64,000 bases of DNA from Candidatus Nanoarchaeia archaeon (GCA_035288865.1 DATDZA010000017.1:12672-76671); one strand, 5' to 3'; counted from the first letter of the stretch, positions 47,627 to 57,380 are shown. Numbers and translations are program-made. Notes: generated by a model from the letters alone, not told the origin.

Positions 47627-48088
47627 TTAAATTATCTTATCGGCAAATTCCTTTTCTTCAATCGGCTCGACCATATCAAACATCGATTTCAATCCAGTTT
47701 TCAAAGATGATTCATCGCAGATTCTATGGTGAGTGTAAGGATAAATTATCCATTTCTTGTCAAGTTGTGAAAACGGATTCACAAATATAATACTCAAAAA
47801 CTTAAAGTCAATCAGCTTTCTCCAGTTTTTTATCAGGCATTCAAGATTTTCGCTTGAATTAAGCGCTACAATACAGAAATGTGAATCATTTTTTAATTTT
47901 GGAATTATCGAATCCAAATTGTTGATGCTTGGAGAAATTATAAAAAATTGTTCCTTATCTTTGAATTTGACATATAAATCAAATGCGTCTTTATTTTTTT
48001 CAATATTCTCAATCTTCTTAGCAATAACATCCTTGTTTTTCACAAAGCTTGCTGTCCATTCTATCAGAAAAGATTTAGCGCTTTCCAT
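47627..48088 (-). CDS. Conserved-looking hypothetical protein
   Basis: 153-aa ORF with FVNP...KWIIYPYTH; no function recognised. Confidence 0.55.
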   Translation of the reverse strand: MESAKSFLIEWTASFVKNKDVIAKKIENIEKNKDAFDLYVKFKDKEQFFIISPSINNLDSIIPKLKNDSHFCIVALNSSENLECLIKNWRKLIDFKFLSIIFVNPFSQLDKKWIIYPYTHHRICDESSLKTGLKSMFDMVEPIEEKEFADKII

Positions 48089-48188
48089 TACTAAATCTAC
48101 ACGGCATTTATTTATAAAATTATCGAAAACATGTTTTCGGAAATTTTATATTAGAAAATTTATGATTTTCTTTATATAAAATTTATGG

Positions 48189-48617
48189 TTAATGGGCCTC
48201 TGCCGGTTTTTTTGTATAGTACTTAGGGATTAGTGCGTAAGCGGCAGCCGCTATGCCCAAAGCGCCAACTATTGGAGGTGCAACTGCTGTCATGCTTGCA
48301 ACAAGTGCTGCACTGCCTAATAATCCAGTTAAGTAGTCTAATTTGGATTTTGGCATGGCCTTGGAATTTTCTTTCTGGGTGTGGTTAACTTTTCCCTCCA
48401 AGCCCCCTGCCTGCTCTTGTTTTTTAAGATTTTCAACTAAGATTGAATGAGCTTGTCCGTATGGCAATTGTGTACCGCTAAACAATTTTTTATTGGCATC
48501 TTGCTGATACTCTCCCTTTAGGCTGCCATATAATGCAGAAACCTGGTCTTCCTGGGCTTTTGTCCATGATACAGAATCCTTTCTTCCAGCAGTTTCGTGT
48601 CCTTCGCTCATTTTCAA
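48189..48617 (-). CDS. Hypothetical protein with C-terminal TM helices
   Basis: Hydrophilic N-terminus, Ala/Gly-rich hydrophobic C-terminus. Confidence 0.5.
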   Translation of the reverse strand: MKMSEGHETAGRKDSVSWTKAQEDQVSALYGSLKGEYQQDANKKLFSGTQLPYGQAHSILVENLKKQEQAGGLEGKVNHTQKENSKAMPKSKLDYLTGLLGSAALVASMTAVAPPIVGALGIAAAAYALIPKYYTKKPAEAH

Positions 48618-48672
48618 TCACTCACTTCAAGGCAAAGAAAGATTATTTAAAAATTTAATTGATTATAAAGAA

Positions 48673-49419
48673 TTAGTCGTTCTCCACTCGCGGAGCCAAT
48701 ATGAAAGACAGCATCACTTTGTCAATAACTTTATACTCTAATTTTAAAGGATAATCCTTGTTGAACTGGATAGTAACTTCATCGCTTAGCTTGGAGCCGT
48801 TAATCATTTTTTTCAGGTACTCAATACTATACTTTGCTTTTATTTTCTCTGCAGAATTCGTATCCACTTTTGTTGAATCGTCATCCTTTATTTCTATCTT
48901 AGCTTGATTCAAATCACCTTCGGCGAGCAAAGTGAATTTCTTTGGCTCTGCAATGAAAGCTACAGACTCGCCTACAACATCAACATCTGCGATTGCCTCA
49001 TTCAAAATGCTTGAAGTAGTTTTTATCGTGACAGGAAATTTCAAGTCAGGAACTTTTTGATCTTTCTCTTCCAACTCAATAATCGGAAGGTTAAATGTTC
49101 TTGTTGTGTTGCTTCTCAGCTCAATCTTTAGCCTGTTGTCAGCGTCAAGCTCAAGAGTCAGCATGTCCTTTGGGGAAGCTCTCCTTAAAATCTGCTTGAA
49201 ATTGCCAAGGTTTATGGCCATCTCCGTGTCTTTCTTTACATCGTATTCTGTGAAAGCGCTGCTCAGAAGCTTGAAAACAACCATCGCTACATTTGCAGGG
49301 TCCATTGCCACCAGCTCAATTGCATCTTGGCTGACCTTAAACCTTGCTTCATTGACTAAGTCAGAAATTATAGCTATGCTTTCCTTTAGATAGCCCGGCT
49401 CTGCTAATGTAAGTCTCAT
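48673..49419 (-). CDS. pcn: DNA polymerase sliding clamp PCNA
   Basis: AMDPANVAMV, AKYSIEYLKKM, DYPLKL, FILAPRVE. Start moved to MRLTLAE. Confidence 0.97.
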   Translation of the reverse strand: MRLTLAEPGYLKESIAIISDLVNEARFKVSQDAIELVAMDPANVAMVVFKLLSSAFTEYDVKKDTEMAINLGNFKQILRRASPKDMLTLELDADNRLKIELRSNTTRTFNLPIIELEEKDQKVPDLKFPVTIKTTSSILNEAIADVDVVGESVAFIAEPKKFTLLAEGDLNQAKIEIKDDDSTKVDTNSAEKIKAKYSIEYLKKMINGSKLSDEVTIQFNKDYPLKLEYKVIDKVMLSFILAPRVEND

Positions 49420-49520
49420 TTTAATGAACAACCCCCGGCTTAAGTTATCGAGTTCTATTTATATATTTTTGTGTTTTTAAATGGAAAGCTTAATAATAAT
49501 ATTATGACTAAATATTTGTT

Positions 49521-49904
49521 ATGGATGTTTCAAATAAAGAATTAATAGCAAAAGCAAAATCTGTAATAAAATCTAGAAGAATCAAACACGGATATTTGGT
49601 TGGTGATGTCGGATGCGCTTTGCTTTCAGATGAAGGGAATATCTATCTTGGAGTTTGCATGGATGTTTCCTGCGGAATAGGATTTTGCGCTGAACATTCA
49701 GCCATTGCAGCAATGGTTACAAATGGAGAGGAAAAAATTAAAAAAATTGTTGCAGTTGTAGAAGGTGGTAAAATAATTCCTCCTTGCGGCAGATGTAGGG
49801 AGATTATCAATCAGATTCATAAACAAAATAAAAATACGGAAGTTATGATTGGTAAAAATAAAGTTGTCAAGCTTGAGGAATTACTTCCGCATCCTTGGAG
49901 TTAG
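49521..49904 (+). CDS. cdd: Cytidine deaminase
   Basis: FCAEHSAIAAM, PPCGRCRE. Confidence 0.9.
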   Translation: MDVSNKELIAKAKSVIKSRRIKHGYLVGDVGCALLSDEGNIYLGVCMDVSCGIGFCAEHSAIAAMVTNGEEKIKKIVAVVEGGKIIPPCGRCREIINQIHKQNKNTEVMIGKNKVVKLEELLPHPWS

Positions 49905-49948
49905 AAATTAAAAATTTAGTTAATGATATTAAATATTCAATAAAATCT

Positions 49949-51277
49949 CTAAAGCCTGATTCTTTCCCCGTCGCCCATAACATGGACATTTTCCCCTATC
50001 CTGTAGCCCATTTCTATAGCTAAACTTGCCAATGCTGAAGTCATTCCCCTTTCTCCGTGCGCTGGAATGATATGCTCAGGCTTTACAAGATTAATAAGTT
50101 CTCTCAAATCTTCTCGTGCAGCATGGCCGCTCTGGTGGACATCCTTGAAAATCCTGACATTTGCATTTCGCAGTTTCTCTTCAAGTAGCTTCCTGTTTTC
50201 TATGTTTGTCGGAGTCGGAATTGTCCTGCATGAAAATATTACATGGTCTTCCGGAAAGAATTTAAATTTGAATTCATTGCCCATCATCTTTGAAAGAGTT
50301 GATTTTGGCTCGCCCTGATGGCCCGTTACAACCATCAAATATTTTCCCCTCTCGCTTGCTATTTTCTTCAGCTTCCTGTTTATCTGGTTGCTGTACTTTA
50401 CAATCTCAACCTTGTCTGTGAATTTCGCGATGCCGGTATCTTCAGCCGCTTTTACATATTTTGCCATCGAGCGCCCCATGAAAACAATTTTGCGGTTCAT
50501 TTTCTGCCCAAATTCAACAATTGAATTTAATCTTGCAATATGCGAGGAGAAAGTTGTCACAACGACATGCTTATTTTTGGAATCAATCCCAAGCATTACT
50601 TCTTTCAACATTTCTTTTGCAACAGATTCAGAAGGCATTTTTCTTGCGTCTCCTGCATAGGTTGAATCACATATTAAGGCAAGCACTTTTTTATTTCCAA
50701 GCTCTTCCAATCTTTTAAAATTAGGCTTTTTTCCGAGTGTCGGAAACAAATCCAGCTTGAAATCATTTGCATACAAAATTATTCCTTCATCAGTGTGCAG
50801 CGCAAGCATCACAGTCTGCGGGGTTGAATGCGTCATGTGCACGAATTCAATTTTAATATTTTTAGAAACATCGAAACTGGAATTAGCAGACATGCTCCTA
50901 ATCTTGTTGTTGAATTTGATTTTATTATCCGTGATTATGCTGTTGAGAACCGCCGAAGTGAATGGGGTGCACATAACAGGCGCTTTAAAATTATTTCCAA
51001 GATAAGGGATAGCGCCGATGTGGTCAAGATGCGCATGCGTTGGCAATATCATTTTTACTTTATCTTTCCAGTCGCTAATTGCAGAAATATCCGGCACAGC
51101 TCCGGCATTAATAAGCTCTTTCGCATTAATGCTTACTATATCCTCATCGTGTGTGTACTTAATATAATTTTCAAGATGGATTCCCAGGTCAAAAATATAA
51201 ACTTCGTCTCCCACTCTCACAGCGGTGGAATTCTTTCCAACTTCATTATAGCCGCCTACAGCGCATATTTCTACCAT
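49949..51277 (-). CDS. rnj: Ribonuclease J (MBL/beta-CASP)
   Basis: GGYNEVGKN, THAHLDHIG, HSTP, TTFSSHIAR, GHQGEP, HQSGHA, IPAHG. Start moved to MVEICAV (51277). Confidence 0.93.
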   Translation of the reverse strand: MVEICAVGGYNEVGKNSTAVRVGDEVYIFDLGIHLENYIKYTHDEDIVSINAKELINAGAVPDISAISDWKDKVKMILPTHAHLDHIGAIPYLGNNFKAPVMCTPFTSAVLNSIITDNKIKFNNKIRSMSANSSFDVSKNIKIEFVHMTHSTPQTVMLALHTDEGIILYANDFKLDLFPTLGKKPNFKRLEELGNKKVLALICDSTYAGDARKMPSESVAKEMLKEVMLGIDSKNKHVVVTTFSSHIARLNSIVEFGQKMNRKIVFMGRSMAKYVKAAEDTGIAKFTDKVEIVKYSNQINRKLKKIASERGKYLMVVTGHQGEPKSTLSKMMGNEFKFKFFPEDHVIFSCRTIPTPTNIENRKLLEEKLRNANVRIFKDVHQSGHAAREDLRELINLVKPEHIIPAHGERGMTSALASLAIEMGYRIGENVHVMGDGERIRL

Positions 51278-51329
51278 GGGTCCAGATTCTAGATAAATAT
51301 TTATAAAGATATGGGTAATAAATGGATTT

Positions 51330-51932
51330 ATGGAGCTCGAGAACATCGTGCTTGACCCGCAGCGCACTATGGTGCTGGCGATTGACGTGCTGAAAGATTT
51401 CCTTAAGTCCGCCAATGGTTTTGCATTTTATGATGCAAAAACTGATTTGAGAAGCATGCAGTGGAAAGTCATCGATGGAATTATTCCTTTGTTGCTGAGA
51501 AGCGGTGCAGCACACATTACACTTATCAAGTCACAATATGAGCTTGGAAAATTCCCCCCGCCCTATGACAAGCTTTGCTCTGCAGCTCCGGGAACTGATT
51601 TTTATTTGATAGACGGAATCGTGCCTTCAGCAAAGATTTTCACAAAATTTGAGCACGATCCATTTTCAAACCCTGAACTTGTGCCCTATATTGAGAAGAA
51701 AGACATTATGGACATTGTGCTCGTAGGGTTCACTTTGACGAACTGCATCAATGTCGCTGCCCAGTCAGCGTTGAAAAAGTCTAATCTGAGAGTGATTATC
51801 CCAGAAAATTGCGTCGGCTACAGGAATGAAAGGGAAGCTGACGCAGCCAGAATTCTTGAAGAATATAAATTGCATGAACGTATTGTTGTTTTGGGCTCAC
51901 AAAGGAATATCCAGTATGGGAATCTTCCTTGA
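51330..51932 (+). CDS. Isochorismatase/nicotinamidase-family cysteine hydrolase
   Basis: VLAIDVLKDF, FTKFEHDPF, LVGFTLTNCI. Confidence 0.85.
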   Translation: MELENIVLDPQRTMVLAIDVLKDFLKSANGFAFYDAKTDLRSMQWKVIDGIIPLLLRSGAAHITLIKSQYELGKFPPPYDKLCSAAPGTDFYLIDGIVPSAKIFTKFEHDPFSNPELVPYIEKKDIMDIVLVGFTLTNCINVAAQSALKKSNLRVIIPENCVGYRNEREADAARILEEYKLHERIVVLGSQRNIQYGNLP

Positions 51933-52022
51933 TTTCGTGCCGATATAATTGCACGAGCAGATTTCTACCATTTTAATTAAAATAAGAAGTTGGTTTAAAA
52001 AAGTTTGTGGTAAACCAATAAA

Positions 52023-53534
52023 TTAACTATTATGGTTAGAATTAATTATCTGTAGTCCAACAACTTCTCCAACACGTACAGGTACGGCGTTGCCAATATG
52101 AGCGCTAATTCTTGTCTGATTTCCTTCAAAAACATAGTTGTCAGGAAATGTTTGTAAGGCGGCAGCTTCTCTTAAAGATATGGCTCTATTTTGAATCGGA
52201 TGACCATATCTGCCATTACTTATACTATTACATTTACAGGTCAATGTAGGAGCAGGTTTATCCCATTTCATTCTTCCGTAAGTGTCTCCGTGTCCAGAGT
52301 GAGACTTGTGGCATTCAAGTATAAGCTCCTTTGGCCAGGATTCTCTGCCTCCACCATTTTTGGGCGTGTTTTTCAATCTCAACAAGTTGATTGGCATTAT
52401 ACTTCTGGCCGTATGATTGGGATATTTTGGATCATTGCCTCCAGCTTTAATAGATGGGTATTTGTAAATTGTATCCCTCACAGTTCTGAAAGGAATATTT
52501 TTCCCGTCATAAATCTTTCCCGGGAGTTTTATTTTTCCTTTTCTCGATGCTATTAACATAAATCTGGCTCTGCTTTGAGGAACGCCGTAATCCCTAGCAT
52601 TAATTATAGCGGGATCAAAATAGTATTGATTATCATTTAATATACCAATAAATCTGGAGTATGTTGAATTGCCACCCTTCTTGGTAAGCCCAGGAACATT
52701 TTCCACAAAAAGAAAATCTGGTTTACATTCGTCAACAATTCTTGCAAATTGGAAAAGAAGCGTGGCTCTTTTATCCGCATCTCCTTTGTTTTTATTTTGA
52801 GTCGAGAAAGGTTGACAAGGAGCGCAGGCGGCAAAAAGTAATTTTGATTTTTTCCTGTTTATTTTGAATCTTTTCAACAATTCTTGTCCCGAGATATTTG
52901 TGATATCTTCAGTCAGGAATTTTGCCCCAGGATTATTAAATTCATAAGTATTTTTGGCAGTCTCATCAATATCTATACCAGCCACTACATGTATGCCAGC
53001 GTTCAATAATCCTCTAGTAAGTCCTCCCGCTCCACAAAAAAAGTCTATTGCAACTATTTCTTTTTTTGGAATATCCTTAGATGATTTGATATTTTTTTTT
53101 ATTTTAAGGATGCAATCATCCAAATTATTTTCTATTTCTTGACCCCAAAATCTAAGAACTTTCCATCCTTGTAACCTCAGCTTAATATTTACCTCCTGAT
53201 CCCTTTTTATGTTTCCTTCTATTTTATTTATCCAGAAGGCTTTTCTTTTTTTGATTTGTTTTTTGTATTTTTTCCAATTATAGCCGTGCCAAAACTTGCT
53301 ATCGCAGAAAATAGCAACCTTTTCTTTTACTAAAACAAAATCTGGTTTTCCAGTTATGGGAAAATGTTTTTTGAATTTAATTCCAGCACCGAAAAGTGCT
53401 TTTTCGAATGTCTTTTCCATATCAGAACCGCGCGAAAATATGCGGGACATATTGAAGCTGATTTGTTCCTTGGTTCTACTTTTTCTTGTTGACATTTCTG
53501 ACCCATGATATTGATTAAAAATTTGTTGTATCAA
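52023..53534 (-). CDS. Fusion of Vsr (very-short-patch repair) endonuclease and DNA (cytosine-5) methyltransferase
   Basis: N-terminal MSRI..GKPD..AIFCDSKFWHG..FW..KI..N..RD..GWKVLRFW (Vsr). Then FFCGAGG (motif I), PCQPFS (IV), ENV (VI), QSRAR (VIII), R.ISLREAAALQTFP (IX), GNAV (X). Start is TTG 53534 or ATG 53495. Confidence 0.92.
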   Translation of the reverse strand: MIQQIFNQYHGSEMSTRKSRTKEQISFNMSRIFSRGSDMEKTFEKALFGAGIKFKKHFPITGKPDFVLVKEKVAIFCDSKFWHGYNWKKYKKQIKKRKAFWINKIEGNIKRDQEVNIKLRLQGWKVLRFWGQEIENNLDDCILKIKKNIKSSKDIPKKEIVAIDFFCGAGGLTRGLLNAGIHVVAGIDIDETAKNTYEFNNPGAKFLTEDITNISGQELLKRFKINRKKSKLLFAACAPCQPFSTQNKNKGDADKRATLLFQFARIVDECKPDFLFVENVPGLTKKGGNSTYSRFIGILNDNQYYFDPAIINARDYGVPQSRARFMLIASRKGKIKLPGKIYDGKNIPFRTVRDTIYKYPSIKAGGNDPKYPNHTARSIMPINLLRLKNTPKNGGGRESWPKELILECHKSHSGHGDTYGRMKWDKPAPTLTCKCNSISNGRYGHPIQNRAISLREAAALQTFPDNYVFEGNQTRISAHIGNAVPVRVGEVVGLQIINSNHNS

Positions 53535-53704
53535 TCTGTAGGACTCTTATAATTTTGATTTTCGAGATGTTTTTGCATTAGGCCTTCGATTACTTTGCTA
53601 GCATGTCTGCTTTTGTGGTAGTGTATAATAGAATAAATCTGGAAATCCTCCCAGATCTTTTTATCTATACTTAAGGTTACTTTTACTCTATCGGACTCTG
53701 GCAT
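53531..53704 (-). CDS. Ribbon-helix-helix (CopG/Arc-like) regulator, 57 aa, below the ORF-track cutoff
   Basis: Manual translation MPESDRVKVTLSIDKKIWEDFQIYSIIHYHKSRHASKVIEGLMQKHLENQNYKSPTD*; its stop overlaps the TTG of the Vsr-MTase ORF (TTGA). Confidence 0.7.
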   Translation of the reverse strand: MPESDRVKVTLSIDKKIWEDFQIYSIIHYHKSRHASKVIEGLMQKHLENQNYKSPTD

Positions 53705-53807
53705 GGATGTTATACATATATACTTATATAAATATTTAACTCATTTTATATATTAATTAATACATACTAGTTTATCAAATATATTTCACGACGACGAGGT
53801 GCCTAAA

Positions 53808-55301
53808 ATGATAGATTCAAAAGAAAATATAAGCTTATTTGGACAGAAGATAGGAAGAGTAGTGGCATTGGAAGATTCTCCTACGTTTGAAAAAGTCACT
53901 GTTAGGCTTGATGCTGGCCGACGAGTAAGACCTGGAGAATTACTAGTAGTTCCTTGTAATCTAGAAGGATCTCGCAAAGATTTCATAATCTTAAGAGTGT
54001 CTGGAGCCAGAGAATTCAACGAGTATGAAAATCCTATGGATAGTCAGGTCAGAGATATGTTTAATATGAACTCCGTAAGGGGCCGAGATGACCTTCTCAG
54101 AAAGTTTGTTCTTGCTGATACACAACCTTTGGAAATGGTATTGCAGGCAGAGGAAGAAAAACTCATAACTCAAGATCCCACTCAGCTTGTCCATTCTGGG
54201 ACAGAGGTATACAAATTAACCTCAGGTGTTGCTGGAAGCCTTCTTGGGTTTCCAGAGCCAGGAGGTCCATCTTCCATGGTGTTGGGTGATGTAGTGGGAG
54301 AATCTGGTATAAAGGTAGTTCTCGATGCTAACAAGTGTCTCCCCAGACATATGTTAATCGTAGGGTCAACTGGAACAGGAAAATCCTATTTCATTGGGGT
54401 CATTAGTGAAGAACTCCAAAGGCTAGGCATAAGGCACATTAACATCGATATCCATGGAGAAATGGTGAAAGCATCATCTGAGATGGGCGGTAGCAATGTC
54501 CTGCCTGGCAAAGAATTGACTGTAAAATTATCCTCGCTTTCGGAACCAGAAGTTATGGAAATGTTACCTATAACGAACGATCTCCACAAAGACATTGCAA
54601 TTAAAGCATTCTCGAATCTTAAAAAAACAGGAAAAGACTTTGGAATTCAGGAATATAAAGATGAAGCCAGATCAGTTGCTGTTTCCTATGGGTCTAAGCA
54701 AAATACAATGGATATCATGGATGCCAGGATTCAGACATTGGAAAGTATTTCTATCCTAGGCAAGGGTTACGATTGGATTACAGCTCTTGAAAAAGGAGGG
54801 GCTTTAGTAAATATAGATTGTAGGGAAATATCCAGCCATACAGAATTAAAAATAATTGTTGGTTCGGTGGCTAGAGAAGTAATGAATCTCAGAAAAAAGG
54901 AAAAAATTAAGGAATTAGTTTTATCTATGGACGAAGCTCATATGTTCTTGCCTGCAGGAGAAACGTCTCCGTCTTCCCATGTACTTGGAGAGTTAATAAG
55001 GTTTGGAAGACATCACGGAGTCGGAATTATTATTGCGTCGCAAAGTCCCAATGATATAGATAGAAGAATAGCAAAAATTACAAATACAAGGGCCTTTTTT
55101 GCTATAGAAAAAACAGAAATAGGATCGGTGACTGGATTACTGGCGGATACTCCAGAGGATATCATAGCTGCCTTACCCAGATTAAAAACTGGTACATGTT
55201 TATTAGTTGGTGCTAGAGATATTATTAAACATGCACAAATAGTGCAGGTAAGGAAAAGAACATCTACTCATGGCGGCGAAACCCCAAAGATGATAAAATG
55301 A
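53808..55301 (+). CDS. HerA-family (HAS-barrel + FtsK/HerA) ATPase
   Basis: N-terminal IGRVV..beta barrel, RHMLIVGSTGTGKS, MDEAH, GRHHGVGIIIASQSP.DID. GAGGTG RBS before ATG 53808. Confidence 0.9.
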   Translation: MIDSKENISLFGQKIGRVVALEDSPTFEKVTVRLDAGRRVRPGELLVVPCNLEGSRKDFIILRVSGAREFNEYENPMDSQVRDMFNMNSVRGRDDLLRKFVLADTQPLEMVLQAEEEKLITQDPTQLVHSGTEVYKLTSGVAGSLLGFPEPGGPSSMVLGDVVGESGIKVVLDANKCLPRHMLIVGSTGTGKSYFIGVISEELQRLGIRHINIDIHGEMVKASSEMGGSNVLPGKELTVKLSSLSEPEVMEMLPITNDLHKDIAIKAFSNLKKTGKDFGIQEYKDEARSVAVSYGSKQNTMDIMDARIQTLESISILGKGYDWITALEKGGALVNIDCREISSHTELKIIVGSVAREVMNLRKKEKIKELVLSMDEAHMFLPAGETSPSSHVLGELIRFGRHHGVGIIIASQSPNDIDRRIAKITNTRAFFAIEKTEIGSVTGLLADTPEDIIAALPRLKTGTCLLVGARDIIKHAQIVQVRKRTSTHGGETPKMIK

Positions 55302-57286
55302 AGGAAAAAATAAAACAGCTGCTGAAGGGAGCTACTGACGGCCTCACTTTATCCCAAATCAAAGGGTTATTAGGTGATGAGATTACATTACCAGTGCTTA
55401 GACAATCAATTACTGAAATGGAAAATGAGAAAACTGTTGCTTCATTTCCAGGCGAACCTGACAAAATAGGAAGACCTCAAAACTTGTATATGTTGATCGA
55501 AGGTGATAATATTGTCAACATACAGGACAAAGAATATGAGTATGGAGAAGAAAGGAAATTATTAATTGAACTTCTTAAAGATATAACCGATAAATATTCT
55601 ACACTGCCTCCTGAAAAACTGATGGAGATATATGGAGAAACTGCAATAAGGCTAACGAAAGAAAATCCCATTGACCTCTTTTTGAGGTATGCGGATTGGC
55701 TAAAAAAAACTCATGAAGAGGAAATCGCAAAACATGAAGCGGCAAGACTTGCAAATTCTAAAGACGATATGACTCTAAGATATGGATTTATCAATCAACT
55801 AGAGGCTTCTGCACTAGTGATGTTTAATCATCTCTTGGGAGTTCCATTTAGTTTACCTGATGGAAAAGACTGGAAAGCTGGACCATTCCGACTAAAATAC
55901 GATTTTAAAAATCATAAACTGAATTCTAATATGGATCGTAAGATGCTTGAAGAATATCTGAAGATGTCAGTATTTGGTGAATATGTGTTAGAAATACTAG
56001 AATGTGAGAAGCTTAACTTGCCAGCCGTAATAGGTGGCAGTGATGCATCATTACAGGCATTAGATCTTTCAAGAATTCTTCCTTGGAATGTTGAAAAACG
56101 AGAAATGCATTTAGTAACTGCCGTTGGTACTCGATATAACATTTTTGAATCAACAAAGTCAGACGTTGACTGGTATCCTGAGCCAAAAGTGCTCGCCGAG
56201 TATGAGAGGAAAAAAGCAATTTCTGAAGGATATTTAATCCCACCTGAAGAAGCTTTAGGTCAGGATAGCAATATGTATAATAGAATTAAAGAAGCTGCAA
56301 TGAGTTTAAGGCAATACCATAAGGATCATGAAATTATGTTTGAAAAGGAGCCTCTTGCAAAACTACATTTTAGAGACGGAAGAATATTCCCAGTTGAGCA
56401 CAGATTTTATGATTCGATTCAACCAGGCTTACATGGAGATATCGTAAGAATGGCATTAAACCAATTTAACAATATTGTTAATCAGATAGGTGTCAGTGAT
56501 GGCAGGATAAAATATTGTGGCTTTGTAAAAAGACCAGGTATTGCTTTCATAGCCCCAATAATAAGATGGTATATGGGGTTTGGTTCAGCAAATAATGGGA
56601 ATCCATCAATTGATCCCGGAATGGATATTGAAGAATATCTAAAATTTCCAAACTCGGATAGTTTCACAACCGCTTTCCTGTTTAAAGCACTAAGGGAGAA
56701 AACTAAAACAACTGGATGTATTGTTACTTTTAGAACTTTAAGAAGGTTTCAGTATTTGCAGGAGCCATTTATCATAAATCAGCCTCCAACGAATGACCCG
56801 TCTACTTGGCGCAAATCATTTATGGATAAATACTCCGATGTCAATCCATATATAGATGAAACTGGTTTAGATACTTATGCTAATTTATTGGCCAGAGCTG
56901 CTGTTATATCCTTTTACACCAGCCTTGATTCAAAATATGATCCCAGATACGAACCTTCAACCGTAATTCCAAGAGTTGAAATGATGGTACCTTTCATGGA
57001 TATAGGCAGTTTTCCATCACCTGGTGGTATTATTACTAAAGAACGTAAATATGTATGCGACCTTTTAAGCGTCATGTTCCATGAAGGTGTCTTGGACAAA
57101 TATAATGAACAATTATTCTTTATGAAAAAAGATAATCCAGCAATTTTTCTAGTTCCCAAAACAGTCAGAGATGCACATTTGGCTTCCAAGATGATTGCTA
57201 AAGTCTTTAAGGACGACTTCCTTAATTTACTGGTAAGGGAAGCCAGAATATTTTGGTTGGAGAAAAAATATAAGAAAGCTCATTAG
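55298..57286 (+). CDS. NurA-like (RNase H-fold) nuclease with an N-terminal winged helix
   Basis: wHTH-like aa 1-70 (LTLSQI..LRQSI..L..GRP..Y); GGSDAS, FRDGRIFP, GFVKRP, P..V..AH.ASK match NurA motif order. ATGA overlap with the herA stop. Confidence 0.72.
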   Translation: MKEKIKQLLKGATDGLTLSQIKGLLGDEITLPVLRQSITEMENEKTVASFPGEPDKIGRPQNLYMLIEGDNIVNIQDKEYEYGEERKLLIELLKDITDKYSTLPPEKLMEIYGETAIRLTKENPIDLFLRYADWLKKTHEEEIAKHEAARLANSKDDMTLRYGFINQLEASALVMFNHLLGVPFSLPDGKDWKAGPFRLKYDFKNHKLNSNMDRKMLEEYLKMSVFGEYVLEILECEKLNLPAVIGGSDASLQALDLSRILPWNVEKREMHLVTAVGTRYNIFESTKSDVDWYPEPKVLAEYERKKAISEGYLIPPEEALGQDSNMYNRIKEAAMSLRQYHKDHEIMFEKEPLAKLHFRDGRIFPVEHRFYDSIQPGLHGDIVRMALNQFNNIVNQIGVSDGRIKYCGFVKRPGIAFIAPIIRWYMGFGSANNGNPSIDPGMDIEEYLKFPNSDSFTTAFLFKALREKTKTTGCIVTFRTLRRFQYLQEPFIINQPPTNDPSTWRKSFMDKYSDVNPYIDETGLDTYANLLARAAVISFYTSLDSKYDPRYEPSTVIPRVEMMVPFMDIGSFPSPGGIITKERKYVCDLLSVMFHEGVLDKYNEQLFFMKKDNPAIFLVPKTVRDAHLASKMIAKVFKDDFLNLLVREARIFWLEKKYKKAH

Positions 57287-57380
57287 TAACCTTTGAGAAA
57301 AAAGAATGTATAAACAAATCTTAAAAAATATTATCCGGCTATGGGGTAGGATATTTTTTATGAATAAATAAGGGCGATGA

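Noticed and set aside
49949-51415. Apparent overlap of RNase J with the isochorismatase gene
   Set aside because: It disappears when the RNase J start is placed at MVEICAV (51277); the N-terminal extension in the ORF track is not real.
51933-52022. Possible att-site duplication of the tRNA-Leu 3' end bounding the 52-58 kb island
   Set aside because: No copy of TGCGGGGAAGAGGATTCGAA or a shorter part was found at the left boundary, and there is no integrase in the window. The island is therefore not called a mobile element.
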